Below the pieces are notes generated by a model that saw only the letters and a list, made by a program, of their open reading frames with translations, had not been told where the DNA came from and did not search any database. A stretch of DNA of 64,000 nt from a virus, in IMG/VR virus record IMGVR_UViG_3300043811_000074, positions 1-64,000 of that record; one strand, given 5' to 3'. How positions within the stretch are numbered: position 1 is the stretch's first letter; each line of letters begins with the position of its first letter. Below, in pieces: positions 18,349 to 28,314 of this stretch. Made by a program: the position numbers and the translations under genes.

Positions 18349-19646
18349 TGGGCGTCGGCAATTATTACAACTGGCCCGATCCGCAAGTCAATCTGCCGGT
18401 GCGCGAAGCAAGCGGCGCGTCCCCGGAGTTTCTGTTAGATCAGGAATTCGATCAAGTTGATTGGATTGGTTGGATTCCGTGGTCTTCTGGCCTGGACTTG
18501 TTTCAATCGTTGCAAGTTTACAAGCAAGCATTTGAGGGATTCACGACAGTTGGGTTAGCAATTCCAGGCTCGCCTTTGATCGGTCAATGGCCTAATACAT
18601 TTTTATGGTATCAGCGCGCATTGCCTGCCAAGCATCCGGCCTATGGTGGCCCCGGCTACATCTGGTGCAAATCCATCAAGGGAGAAGGATTTATTCCAGA
18701 AGGCAAAGCCGTTGACGGTACAGCACGTTTCGCAGAAGCGAAGGTCCGCATAACCTTTACTACACGTCCTGATTTTCTAATGAACGACAATGATATGCTT
18801 GGATTGCAAATTAGTCGCCATTGGGACTTTCTTGGTGATATTGCTCTCGGCAGAAGACCCTGGGACAGTACCTATAGAACAACCGTCGCTGATGATGCGA
18901 CGCTTTTGCGCTATGTCGTAATGGAGAGATTTTATCGGTCGCGTTATCAAACGATTCCGAGCTTGAGCGGAGCCAAATGGAATAATCTGCCATTTGGCAC
19001 AAGCCCTTTATTCATTGCAGTTGCGCCCGTCTTTCAAACAACCTTCATCATCATCACCGAATCGGAATTGCACGTCACGCAAATGCAAATTCCGATTGAG
19101 AACATCCCGCATGAAGCGATTGAATACGCCATTGGCAAAACGAATCTCTATCAATACGGCATTGGCGGCAGTGGAGTTTTTAATGACGGCAGCCTGCAAC
19201 CTGCTTTCGGCCCATTTGGACCTGGCACAATGCTATGTATGGCCCCGCAGATTTCCAAGCCATACGTTGCGCCGAATCGGCGTTACTGCGTGGACATCAA
19301 GTTTATATTTTACATTTTTCCTAATGGCGTGACAAGCAGTGGACAAGCCTTTGGTGGTGCAAATTGGGCTTATCGGGCCGATATAACTAACAACCAAAAT
19401 CGCGGTTGGTTTCCGTTCTCCAGGAACGGCCTAGTTTATATGCAGCCTAATACTGGCAACATCATGATCCAATTACCTGGCCCAGATGTGTTGGCACGTT
19501 CAGCAACTCAGGGACCGCCGCCACCGAATGACCCGGTTGCTTCATTTTTATATTTTCCGCCAGCAGACTTCAACCTGTTGCATCGCCCGCGCGGTTCGCT
19601 TCGACCTAATCCGGACGGCAGCGTAAAGGTATACGCTTCGGTCTAA
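18348..19646 (+). CDS. Tail protein (distal tail/hub region)
   Basis: Coupled to the tape measure stop; visibly lower GC. Confidence 0.55.
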   Translation: MGVGNYYNWPDPQVNLPVREASGASPEFLLDQEFDQVDWIGWIPWSSGLDLFQSLQVYKQAFEGFTTVGLAIPGSPLIGQWPNTFLWYQRALPAKHPAYGGPGYIWCKSIKGEGFIPEGKAVDGTARFAEAKVRITFTTRPDFLMNDNDMLGLQISRHWDFLGDIALGRRPWDSTYRTTVADDATLLRYVVMERFYRSRYQTIPSLSGAKWNNLPFGTSPLFIAVAPVFQTTFIIITESELHVTQMQIPIENIPHEAIEYAIGKTNLYQYGIGGSGVFNDGSLQPAFGPFGPGTMLCMAPQISKPYVAPNRRYCVDIKFIFYIFPNGVTSSGQAFGGANWAYRADITNNQNRGWFPFSRNGLVYMQPNTGNIMIQLPGPDVLARSATQGPPPPNDPVASFLYFPPADFNLLHRPRGSLRPNPDGSVKVYASV

Positions 19647-20014
19647 CGCGACATAAGCCATGCGCCCGCGATGGAGTTGACCACGGAAAGGGCCAGCCCG
19701 ATGGAGCAAAGGATAATGCCAGTCCTAGCAAGCTGTTCGCTGCCTGGTTTGTGGCTTAAGCGACCAAGGCAGAGGCCCGTAATGCTGATCGGCAGGCCGA
19801 AGATGGGTAGAAGCCAAGCGACCATGCTGATGCGCCCGAGGATCATGGAAGTGATAGCAGCCGTTTCTTTCGGCTCGGCTGGTTCATCAGTTAGCGTGGC
19901 CGTTGGAAGCGGCACGATCAGCAGTTGCCGGCAGCGCGAGCAAAGAACTTGCTGCCCGTCTGGAACAGCAGTAAAACCGACCTGAGAGCATTTCGGACAG
20001 GTGAAGTGGATCAT
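19643..20014 (-). CDS. Zn-ribbon plus DUF4190-like membrane protein (moron)
   Basis: MIHFTCPKC...CSRC; AITSMILG...GLPISITGLCLG...LARTGIILCSIGL; GGAG RBS. Confidence 0.7.
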   Translation of the reverse strand: MIHFTCPKCSQVGFTAVPDGQQVLCSRCRQLLIVPLPTATLTDEPAEPKETAAITSMILGRISMVAWLLPIFGLPISITGLCLGRLSHKPGSEQLARTGIILCSIGLALSVVNSIAGAWLMSR

Positions 20015-20078
20015 TGGTGTTCTCCGCTAGGTCATTCGCCGGGCAACGTCTGACATTTTAGCACAGAGGAAAAGTTTT

Positions 20079-22781
20079 GTGCGTCCCGACAAGTTCAAAG
20101 CCATTGGCAACCATCCTTTTCTGCGGCAATTCGCGGACGAATGGGCGCTCATGGCCGATGCTATCGGGCAACTGCAAAACAACGCACAAGACGGCATCTC
20201 ACAATTCGACCGCAACGTAAAACCAGAATTTCCGATTATCGCCCGGATCACGGGCCAAAATGCTGCCGTCCCCTCTGCCTATTCGTGGACGCTGGAAATC
20301 GAAGATCAGGTCACGACGGGCATCTATGACGACAATCAGCAAGCGGGTGTCACGGGCGGACCTGGGACGTATACCGATGGTTCGTCCATGTTGCCGGCCT
20401 TCGAGCGATCCGGCAATACACAAGTGCCTATCGACGGCTCGGCGTTTGTGGAATTGCATCCGGCCTCAACCGGGCCGTGGTTCTGGTTCGATTGGATACC
20501 TGACCCTGACCCGGAAATAATCCTCGTTTCTTCCGTTTGTCTCGCTGGTTCGTCGCAGGCCGTCGCGGGCACGTCCACGTTGCTCACGTCAGCCAGCACG
20601 CCGACGAATATCACCGGCGCGGTCCTGACGTTCACAACTACGGCGGTAAACACCAACCTTGAAGTCGTCGGCGTCTTTGACTTCAACCTCGTGGTTGCCG
20701 TTTCCCTATCAAACAAGGTCTACGGCGTGCTGTCCGTGGATACCGTGGCGCAAGCGACCATCGCGGAACTTGGCTCACCGTTGCTCGGCAGTCCCGGCAC
20801 GACGGCAACCGTGATGCAGAAGTGGGTGCTGAACCTGGGACCGGGCACGCACACGCTCCAGCTGCAAGGCTACATGCAAACCGTAGTCGCGGGGGACACG
20901 GCCACGGCGAGCGCGAATACGACGCTGACCGTGGGGCCAAACTCGCTGGCCGTGCAGAAGCGGCAACTGCTGCCGGGCGGCTTAGTAGGACCGCCGGTCT
21001 GCTATTACAACCCCGCCGACTGCCTATGTCCGGGAAGCGGCGGTGGTGGGCCGGGCCTGGTGCTGACGAGTTGCTGCCCCAATGGGCTGCCGACGGTTAT
21101 TCCTCTCAACATCGTCGGCGGCAGTTTTGCGGGCGTCTACCAGCTGGCGAACGCCGGGGACGGTATTGCAACCCATTGGTACTGGACAGGCACGGTGGCG
21201 GGTCACACGCTGACGATCACGTTGGCCTGTGCCGGATCGGGTTGCAGCGGGTTTACGCTCTTGGTCGTTTGGAATGCGACCACTTATTTCAACTCGCAAG
21301 CGCCCGATGCGGGGTGCAACTGCGACTGCCTGACCTGGACGGGCACGGGCGGCGGCGCGGGGATCGTGGCGAGCAACTGCCAGATTGGGCCGGGGCCAGT
21401 GGTCAACACTTGCTGTCCTGGTGGGATGCAGTTGGTGTTGCCGGTCAGCTACGTCACGGCAGCGGGCACAACCACGGGGACGATCACCTACGATCCGAGT
21501 ATCAACGCCTGGCGCGGCATTTTCCCAGGCGATGCCGATTGCGCCGCGGCGGGCGTTTTGATCCAGTGCATCGGCGGACAGTGGGTGCTGGAGGCGGGGA
21601 CGGGGAGCGTTACGGCCACGGCGTTCAGTTGCGGCAATACACCGTACCTCTATTTCGCCAACGTGCAGACGATCATCCCATGCAGCACGGGCACGTTGAT
21701 TGTCGGGACCGGCGCAGTCACGCCGTGCTACTGCCCAGCCGGGACGATCCTGCCCACGGTGGTGGCGCTATCGGTGATTTCTGGCTCCGGGACGTGCGCC
21801 GCGTTCAATGGGCAGGGCTTCAACCTGACCTATGGGCCGACAAGTGGGGTCGGCGGCGTGCCGGGCTGGACGGGCAGCGGCACAATCGGCGGCGTGGCGG
21901 CGAGCGCCATCTTCTATTGCAGCGGTGGCAACTTCGCGCTGCGCATGACGGGACCGGGCGGGACGGCCGATCTTGGCTTTGGGCCAGCGCCGACGTGCGT
22001 ACCCTTCCTCTGGCAATCGCCCGCGTCGTGTTCGGGAAGCGGCGCGGGTTGTTTCGGCTTCTGCTCCGGCGCTGCGGATACGTTCGTGTTTCAGGTCGCG
22101 GGCAACAGTTCCAGCGCGGGCGGCATTACCAGCACGGGCGTCGGCACGGCGCACACGGCCAGTGCCGCCGCGAGCGCCACGATTACGGGCATCACCACCA
22201 ACCCCGGCGACGTGCTGATTGTCGTCGTCGGCGCATCGAACGCGGGCAGGACGCTCGCCAACCTGACCGCGACCTACAACGGTCTGCCGATGGAGTCAGC
22301 GGTCCTACAGAACATCAGCAGCTTCAACTTCGGCGCAACGGTCGTGCAGATATTTACTCTGGCGATCACGCAGGGTCAGACCGGCAACGTGGTCGTGACG
22401 AACAGTTCAGGGGCGACACATATCCTCGAGGCGCAGGCCATCGTGGACAGCAACCTGCCCTTTGGCGTCGTGGACCTGACCGCGACGAACACGGGGACAG
22501 GCGTAGCGCCAGCCGTGGCCGCGACGGGGACCACAAGTCAGGCGAACGAGATTTGCCACGTTGCCTTCTGCTTTGTCAACTCATCGGCTATAACGGTGGG
22601 TACATGGAACAGTCCATTCATCAGCGGCGGGCAGGACGTGCTACAGACACCGGGCGGGGCGCTGCCCGCGATTGGACTCACGGAGGGCTCGGACCTGTTG
22701 AGCGTGACGGGTACGCCGAGTGCGGGGCTGACGGGCTGCACGGCGTTTTATTGGGCCGGGGTGATGATAACCTTGAAGTGA
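20079..22781 (+). CDS. Cys-rich tail fibre/receptor-binding protein
   Basis: 900 aa, Gly/Thr-rich, repeated CCP/CxCP modules. Confidence 0.65.
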   Translation: MRPDKFKAIGNHPFLRQFADEWALMADAIGQLQNNAQDGISQFDRNVKPEFPIIARITGQNAAVPSAYSWTLEIEDQVTTGIYDDNQQAGVTGGPGTYTDGSSMLPAFERSGNTQVPIDGSAFVELHPASTGPWFWFDWIPDPDPEIILVSSVCLAGSSQAVAGTSTLLTSASTPTNITGAVLTFTTTAVNTNLEVVGVFDFNLVVAVSLSNKVYGVLSVDTVAQATIAELGSPLLGSPGTTATVMQKWVLNLGPGTHTLQLQGYMQTVVAGDTATASANTTLTVGPNSLAVQKRQLLPGGLVGPPVCYYNPADCLCPGSGGGGPGLVLTSCCPNGLPTVIPLNIVGGSFAGVYQLANAGDGIATHWYWTGTVAGHTLTITLACAGSGCSGFTLLVVWNATTYFNSQAPDAGCNCDCLTWTGTGGGAGIVASNCQIGPGPVVNTCCPGGMQLVLPVSYVTAAGTTTGTITYDPSINAWRGIFPGDADCAAAGVLIQCIGGQWVLEAGTGSVTATAFSCGNTPYLYFANVQTIIPCSTGTLIVGTGAVTPCYCPAGTILPTVVALSVISGSGTCAAFNGQGFNLTYGPTSGVGGVPGWTGSGTIGGVAASAIFYCSGGNFALRMTGPGGTADLGFGPAPTCVPFLWQSPASCSGSGAGCFGFCSGAADTFVFQVAGNSSSAGGITSTGVGTAHTASAAASATITGITTNPGDVLIVVVGASNAGRTLANLTATYNGLPMESAVLQNISSFNFGATVVQIFTLAITQGQTGNVVVTNSSGATHILEAQAIVDSNLPFGVVDLTATNTGTGVAPAVAATGTTSQANEICHVAFCFVNSSAITVGTWNSPFISGGQDVLQTPGGALPAIGLTEGSDLLSVTGTPSAGLTGCTAFYWAGVMITLK

Positions 22782-22788
22782 GGCTAAC

Positions 22789-22962
22789 ATGAAATCGGTG
22801 CGCCTGGACGGCTCCGAGAAGCCGAAGCCTGAAGCGCTGAAACCGTGCGGCAGCTGCGGTGGGAATGTTAGGCTCAAGCCGCCTGCCGCGCCAGTGCCGA
22901 CGGGCAAGCGACTCGTGCAACTTGCGCCGTATCGCTTCTTGCTTGTGAGGGATGAGAAATGA
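22789..22962 (+). CDS. Small CxxC protein (57 aa)
   Basis: GAGG RBS; MKSVRLDG...PCGSCG; ATGA overlap with the next gene. Confidence 0.5.
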   Translation: MKSVRLDGSEKPKPEALKPCGSCGGNVRLKPPAAPVPTGKRLVQLAPYRFLLVRDEK

Positions 22963-25202
22963 GCCAGCGTCTTGTCACTGTTCCGGCAACACCGTACACG
23001 AGCGCGCCGGGTGTCAACGATGACACCCACCTGGGTTTCGTGACGGGTTGCTCGTTCGTTATCGACGTGACGCACGGCAACGCTTATTTCTGCACGTCGG
23101 CGGCGCTCGGCGCGGCGACGTGGGTGACGCTCGGCAACGCAGGCGGTTCCACATCCATTACCACGGTCGGGACCATCACCATCGGCACTTGGCACGCCAC
23201 GCCGATAGGCTCGGCTTACGGCGGGACAGGTGGCGACAGCAGCGCCGTGACGGGCATTGCGCACGTTGCGGCTGGGGTATGGAGTTACAGCACGATTGCC
23301 ACAGCGGATATTGCTGCCAACGCCGTCACTTCCGCCAAGGTCGATTCATCGGTCATCATCGCCTCGGGCGCAAATGCCTTCACCGGCAATCAGGCAATGG
23401 GCGGTTTCAAGCTCACTGGCCTGGGCAATGCCACGGTGGGCACGGACGCGGCCAACCTGCAAACGGTCGTCGCGCAGATAGTCGCGCTGGCCCAGCTGCC
23501 GCTTTCGGGCGCGGCTTCGACCCTGTTCGGCGTGGGCAGCGGTGGCGCAGGTGCGATTCATACAATCACGCTCGGCAGCGGGCTATCCATGACGGGCAAC
23601 GTGTTGAGCGCCACGAGTGGCAGTGGGACGGTAACGAGCATCATCGCGGGGGCAGGGCTGACGGGCGGGACGATCACGGTCAGCGGGACGGTGGCGATTG
23701 ACTACACGCAAACGCCGACGTGGACGGGCACGCATAGTTATCTGCAAACGGTTGGTACTACTGTAACGGACGCATTGCATTTAGAAAACACAACGGCAGC
23801 ATCGCTCGGCAGTCAACAATACAGCCCCGCGCTTCATTTTAGTGGGCAGGGATGGGCAACAGGAGGCTCAACCAGTCAGTCCGTTGATTATTACTTGCTA
23901 GCACAACCGGCACAAGGGGCAAGCGCTACTGGCGCTCTCATTATTTACCGGCAATTGAACGGAGGCGCTTTGAATGTCTCTGCTCAGTTTTTCAGCGACG
24001 GCAGTGCAAGCATTGGCGCTGGCGGCCCAGGCGGACCAATCGGCAACGGAATTTTCAATGCGGGCATGGGAATCAGAATAAACAACAGTGCCGCATCAGC
24101 TCATTACTTGCGCGGCAATGGGACGAATTACGTCGATTCTGCCCTTCTCGCTGCGGACCTGACCGGCACAGTCGCCATCGCCAACGGCGGCACGAACAGC
24201 AGCACGGCGCTGACCAATGGCTACCTTATCGTTTCCAACAGCGGAGCCATTGTCGGAGCCAGTGCTGCCACAGGCGGCAGCTGGAGCGCCAACAGCAACA
24301 AGCTCACCAGTGTTACCGACCCAACCAATCCGCAGGACGCGGCCACGAAGAATTATGTCGATTTGGCGGTTGCTGCAATCGCCGCTAAGAATGACTGCGC
24401 CGCTGCAACTACAACGGCGTTGGCGGCCTCGACCTACAACAACGGCTCAGCCGGCGTTGGGGCTACTATCACGCTCACTGTTGCTGCTGTCTTGGTCCTC
24501 GACGGGTACACACCGGCGCTCAACGACCGCTTGCTCATCAAGAATCAAGCAAGCGCCGTTCAGAACGGGCTGTATGCTGTCACTACACTGGGCGTCCTGG
24601 GCGTGACACAGGCGGTCTTGACGCGCACAACGGACTTTGACCAACCCGGCGATGGTATCAACGGGGCGCTGGTGTTCGTCCTCAATGGCACGACCAATGG
24701 CAATACGCTTTGGAGTTGTACCACAGCAGCCAGTGTCACCTTTGGCACGACGAACATCAATTGGAGCCAGTTCACTGGTACGACCTACACCGCCGACGAA
24801 ACAACGCTGCATCTGGCAGGCACGACCTTCAGCATCATCTCTACCTACACCGGCCAAACCAGCATCACGACGCTGGGGACGATCACGACTGGCGTTTGGA
24901 ATGGCACGGCAATAGCCAACGCAAACCTCGCGCATTCATCCATCACGATTGCCAGCAGCACGCTGACCGGGACGGGTGCGGTGTCGCTCGGCGGGACAGC
25001 TACGCTCAACGTCAACTACGGCTTCACGAGCAACACAGCCTTGCAGGGCAACACGACCTTGGATCAGATTGCGCCGCCAGCGGCGAACGTGGCTATGGCT
25101 GGTTTCAAGATGACCGGCATGGGCAACGCGACCGTTGCCACGGATAGCTCGACGCTGGCAAATGTCTGGTCCGCGCTCTCTTACTCTCAACTCGGCTTTT
25201 AG
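22959..25202 (+). CDS. Tail fibre protein
   Basis: GSGTVTSI.AG.GLTGG, DPTNPQDAATKNYVD and DRLLIKNQ...QNGLY fibre motifs. Confidence 0.8.
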   Translation: MSQRLVTVPATPYTSAPGVNDDTHLGFVTGCSFVIDVTHGNAYFCTSAALGAATWVTLGNAGGSTSITTVGTITIGTWHATPIGSAYGGTGGDSSAVTGIAHVAAGVWSYSTIATADIAANAVTSAKVDSSVIIASGANAFTGNQAMGGFKLTGLGNATVGTDAANLQTVVAQIVALAQLPLSGAASTLFGVGSGGAGAIHTITLGSGLSMTGNVLSATSGSGTVTSIIAGAGLTGGTITVSGTVAIDYTQTPTWTGTHSYLQTVGTTVTDALHLENTTAASLGSQQYSPALHFSGQGWATGGSTSQSVDYYLLAQPAQGASATGALIIYRQLNGGALNVSAQFFSDGSASIGAGGPGGPIGNGIFNAGMGIRINNSAASAHYLRGNGTNYVDSALLAADLTGTVAIANGGTNSSTALTNGYLIVSNSGAIVGASAATGGSWSANSNKLTSVTDPTNPQDAATKNYVDLAVAAIAAKNDCAAATTTALAASTYNNGSAGVGATITLTVAAVLVLDGYTPALNDRLLIKNQASAVQNGLYAVTTLGVLGVTQAVLTRTTDFDQPGDGINGALVFVLNGTTNGNTLWSCTTAASVTFGTTNINWSQFTGTTYTADETTLHLAGTTFSIISTYTGQTSITTLGTITTGVWNGTAIANANLAHSSITIASSTLTGTGAVSLGGTATLNVNYGFTSNTALQGNTTLDQIAPPAANVAMAGFKMTGMGNATVATDSSTLANVWSALSYSQLGF

Positions 25203-25212
25203 GGGATAACCA

Positions 25213-25632
25213 ATGGCGGCCAGTAACGTCCCGATCTTCCCGCAGTCCTTCACGTCCACAACGATTCAATTCGCGCCTGGCGATACGACCGCAGAGAAGG
25301 ACATTTTTACGGCTGGCGCAGTCGGGTCAAAGATCAGCGCCATCTATGCGTACAGCACGGACACGGCTGACCGCGATATTGTGCTGTACTTCAAGCCAAG
25401 CGGCGGAACCGACCTCGCCTTCGTGACGATCAAGGTTCCGTTGACGTGCGGCAGCGTGGATACGATTCCCGCCATCAACCTTTTGGCGTCGGCGCAGTTT
25501 CCGCTGATAAAAGACGCGCAGGGCAACAGCTTCTTTTACCTGCCGGCCTCTGGAAAACTTCGTGCTGCGATGGGCACGACGATCACGACGGCCAAAGTAA
25601 TTAATCTTTGGATTGACGCCGCCGACTATTAA
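25213..25632 (+). CDS. Fibre-associated structural protein
   Basis: GGGG RBS; fibre cluster context. Confidence 0.6.
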   Translation: MAASNVPIFPQSFTSTTIQFAPGDTTAEKDIFTAGAVGSKISAIYAYSTDTADRDIVLYFKPSGGTDLAFVTIKVPLTCGSVDTIPAINLLASAQFPLIKDAQGNSFFYLPASGKLRAAMGTTITTAKVINLWIDAADY

Positions 25633-26324
25633 TCTTGCTTTTGTTCCCGCGATGGAACGCGAACCGCTTCCTCAAGCGTCATGCCCATGACATTGACGCG
25701 ACGCCATAAGACCCCTTGGCGTAAACCAAGTTCCTTGGCAATCTCAGTGATGGTGACTTGTCGGCCATGATAGGGAAAACGAAACGAATTGCACCGATTG
25801 TTGGCTTGTTCCGTCGCGGTTGCCCAGCGGCAATTGCCCGGTTCGTAATTGCCATCATTGTTGATGCGGTCGATGGTGTGTTTGGAAGATGGGCGATTGC
25901 CCATGTCTTCCAGAAAGGCAGGGAACGAATCTCTCCAGCGCTGACAGACCTTGATTCCGCGTCCACCATAACGCGGGAACTGAGGCGATTCGTGGTTAAA
26001 GCATCTGTTGAGCATCCCATTCCAGACGGCGCATTCCGGCAGGTAGGCTCCGCCGTGTTTAACTACAGCGATTTTCTCGTAATTGCGTGGAAATTCCTTT
26101 TGCAAGCATTTGCAGGATTTCGTGTGTCCGGTCTGCAAACTGTTACTGAGTGCTACGATTTCCTTTCCGCACTCGCACCGGCACAGCCAACGGTACTTGA
26201 TAACTCTCTTTACCTTGCCGACACGCTTGCATCCGAGATACCGAATCGCCGTGAGCCGTCCGAACACCTGCCCGGTAATGTCTGGCCCTTGAATCGGAAT
26301 GCTGATAGAATCGTGTTCAGCCAT
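25629..26324 (-). CDS. Free-standing HNH homing endonuclease
   Basis: DITGQVFGRLT, WLCRCECG, YGGRGIKVCQRW, TIDRINNDGNYEPGNCRWAT..EQANN. Confidence 0.92.
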   Translation of the reverse strand: MAEHDSISIPIQGPDITGQVFGRLTAIRYLGCKRVGKVKRVIKYRWLCRCECGKEIVALSNSLQTGHTKSCKCLQKEFPRNYEKIAVVKHGGAYLPECAVWNGMLNRCFNHESPQFPRYGGRGIKVCQRWRDSFPAFLEDMGNRPSSKHTIDRINNDGNYEPGNCRWATATEQANNRCNSFRFPYHGRQVTITEIAKELGLRQGVLWRRVNVMGMTLEEAVRVPSREQKQD

Positions 26325-26403
26325 GACCTGACCTTTCGTGGAAAAGGTTGCGTTGCGGTTAGAGCCGAAACGATGCTTTCAACATCGCGTCGGCTTGTTT
26401 TAT
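26318..26403 (+). ncRNA. Candidate cis-antisense RNA over the HNH RBS and start codon
   Basis: Extended -10 TGATAGAAT (26303-26311) inside the HNH 5' coding region; hairpin 26363-26395 plus T-rich tail. Confidence 0.5.
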
Positions 26404-26434
26404 TGTACCGATGCCCGAATAGAGGGCAACAGCA

Positions 26435-27529
26435 ATGATGGGCGATATTTCACCCAAGGCTAACACACAGAAAACCGGCACAGGACAAGTGCAAGTCTTC
26501 CAGACTGCGCCGACGCTCAACTCGCCGATCTTCGTAACTCCAGCGCTTGGCACGCCTGCCTCTGGTGTGCTGACCAATTGCACGGGCATCGTGGAAGCGG
26601 GCTTTTCCTTCACGGACATCACCACGGCGAACAGCAGCACGTCTCAGCATGGGTTGCTCCGAAAACTCGACAACACGGCAACGCATTACCTGGACGGAAC
26701 TGGGGCATGGTCAACCCCGGCAGGAACCGCCTATTCCGCTGACGAATCGACGCTGCACCTGTCCGGGACCACGTTCAGCATTATTTCGACCTATGTGGGG
26801 CAAAGCAGCATCGTGACCGTGGGCACGCTCACCGGCGGCGCAACCGGCGCGGGCTTCACGATTGCGCTTACCACGTCAACCGTGACGGGGACGCTCGGCC
26901 TGGCACGCGGCGGTACAAATGCGGACCTGTCCGCGACCGGCGGCCCGCACTTTTACCTGAAGCAACTCAGCACGGGCGCGGCCGTCACGGTAGGCGCGAT
27001 CCTATCCGGGGATTTGCCAATCTTTGTGGCTTCTGGCGCGTCCCATGCGGGCGGCGGCGTCCCCGATCCGGGCGCGACGGCCTACACCAACACGCAGCGG
27101 GTGCTGACCGATCAGTCAACATGGGCCATTGCCAAAGGGCAAATCGTCGGCTTCAAGTACACCGCGACCGACGAATCGACCACCAGCACAACCTACACCG
27201 ATCTTGCCACGGCGGACTCGGTGACGTTCAGTCTGGACGCCACACAAGACGTACTGGTGCTATACCACTCCAATACCTACGTCAGTGCCGGCGCGCCCAC
27301 GGAGTTTGTCTACTCTCAAGTCTATCTGGACGGCACGGCGCAAACGTCCCCGGTCAGCGCGGTGTTCCTCGCGCCCACGGCGAATGCCCTTGGTCTGCCG
27401 CAGATGATCGTCTATAAAATTGCTGCGGTGGGCAGTGGCAGTCATACCATTGACATCAAACACCACTGCGACAGTTCCAACGCATCGCACTGGCGCTGGC
27501 GGTCCTTGACCTGTTTCATTTTGGGGTAA
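26435..27529 (+). CDS. Tail fibre protein 2
   Basis: PTLNSPIFVTPALGTPASGVLTNCTG, GTLGLARGGTNA; shares a module with 22959-25202. Confidence 0.75.
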   Translation: MMGDISPKANTQKTGTGQVQVFQTAPTLNSPIFVTPALGTPASGVLTNCTGIVEAGFSFTDITTANSSTSQHGLLRKLDNTATHYLDGTGAWSTPAGTAYSADESTLHLSGTTFSIISTYVGQSSIVTVGTLTGGATGAGFTIALTTSTVTGTLGLARGGTNADLSATGGPHFYLKQLSTGAAVTVGAILSGDLPIFVASGASHAGGGVPDPGATAYTNTQRVLTDQSTWAIAKGQIVGFKYTATDESTTSTTYTDLATADSVTFSLDATQDVLVLYHSNTYVSAGAPTEFVYSQVYLDGTAQTSPVSAVFLAPTANALGLPQMIVYKIAAVGSGSHTIDIKHHCDSSNASHWRWRSLTCFILG

Positions 27530-27532
27530 TTC

Positions 27533-27913
27533 ATGCAACTTTATCCCTACGGTCCTGGCTCTTACCTGACCTCGCAACTCCAAGCGGAGATTGCCGCCGT
27601 GCTGCCCACCATCGCTGGCATCAATGGCAGCGGCTACGATGCCACGGTACGGCTGGCATCGCTGATTCAAGTGCTGTTCCCGGCCGCGCTCTCCATTGCA
27701 GACAAGACGACGCTGGACGCAAAGATAACGGCGCACGTCCCAGCGCCGATGACACCAGCGGAGACCTTTGATTCTGTGCCGCCGCCCGTGCGGGTTGCGA
27801 ATGCGCTGGCGATCCTGAGTGCGAAAAATGCGACCACAACACCACAGCAACGGGCGCATGCACAAACCATCGTGGATGATTGGGTGACGACAATCTCGAC
27901 AAAGGTGACGTAA
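27533..27913 (+). CDS. Fibre-associated hypothetical protein
   Basis: Follows the fibre gene; GGGG RBS. Confidence 0.55.
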   Translation: MQLYPYGPGSYLTSQLQAEIAAVLPTIAGINGSGYDATVRLASLIQVLFPAALSIADKTTLDAKITAHVPAPMTPAETFDSVPPPVRVANALAILSAKNATTTPQQRAHAQTIVDDWVTTISTKVT

Positions 27914-27983
27914 TGGGCTGGATCATCTTGTACGGCTATTGGCTATCATTCCTCAAGGCTATTGGCCTGCGAAAGGACAAAAA

Positions 27984-28301
27984 ATGAGCATTCTCGAATA
28001 CACAGAAGAACGACACGATTGGGGAGAGTCCGGTGAGGGCAAGCCTCCGCCCGGCGTCATGTGGGTCTACTACTGCCTCAATGAGCCGAAGATGGTGGAC
28101 TTCTTGTGCCCGTGCGGCTGCGGTAACACCTGTCCGACGCACCTGACTACGCCCGACCGGCCCAAGCAGCCCAACGACCGACGCTGGAACTACTCGCCAG
28201 GGCCGACGCTATCGCCCTCAATTCGCTGGACGGGTGGTTGCAAGGCGCATTTCACCATCACGGGTGGCAAAGTGACAATGCACGAAGATTCTGGAAAATA
28301 A
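27984..28301 (+). CDS. DUF6527-like Cys/His metal-binding protein
   Basis: FLCPCGCG...PTLSPSI....GCKAHFTI..G; AGGA RBS before ATG 27984. Confidence 0.7.
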   Translation: MSILEYTEERHDWGESGEGKPPPGVMWVYYCLNEPKMVDFLCPCGCGNTCPTHLTTPDRPKQPNDRRWNYSPGPTLSPSIRWTGGCKAHFTITGGKVTMHEDSGK

Positions 28302-28314
28302 CAGGAGGCCAGGT

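Noticed and set aside
20822-22792. 656-aa same-strand alternative ORF inside the Cys-rich fibre
   Set aside because: Arg/Gly/His-rich with no motifs; expected shadow of GC-rich Thr/Gly/Ala codons.
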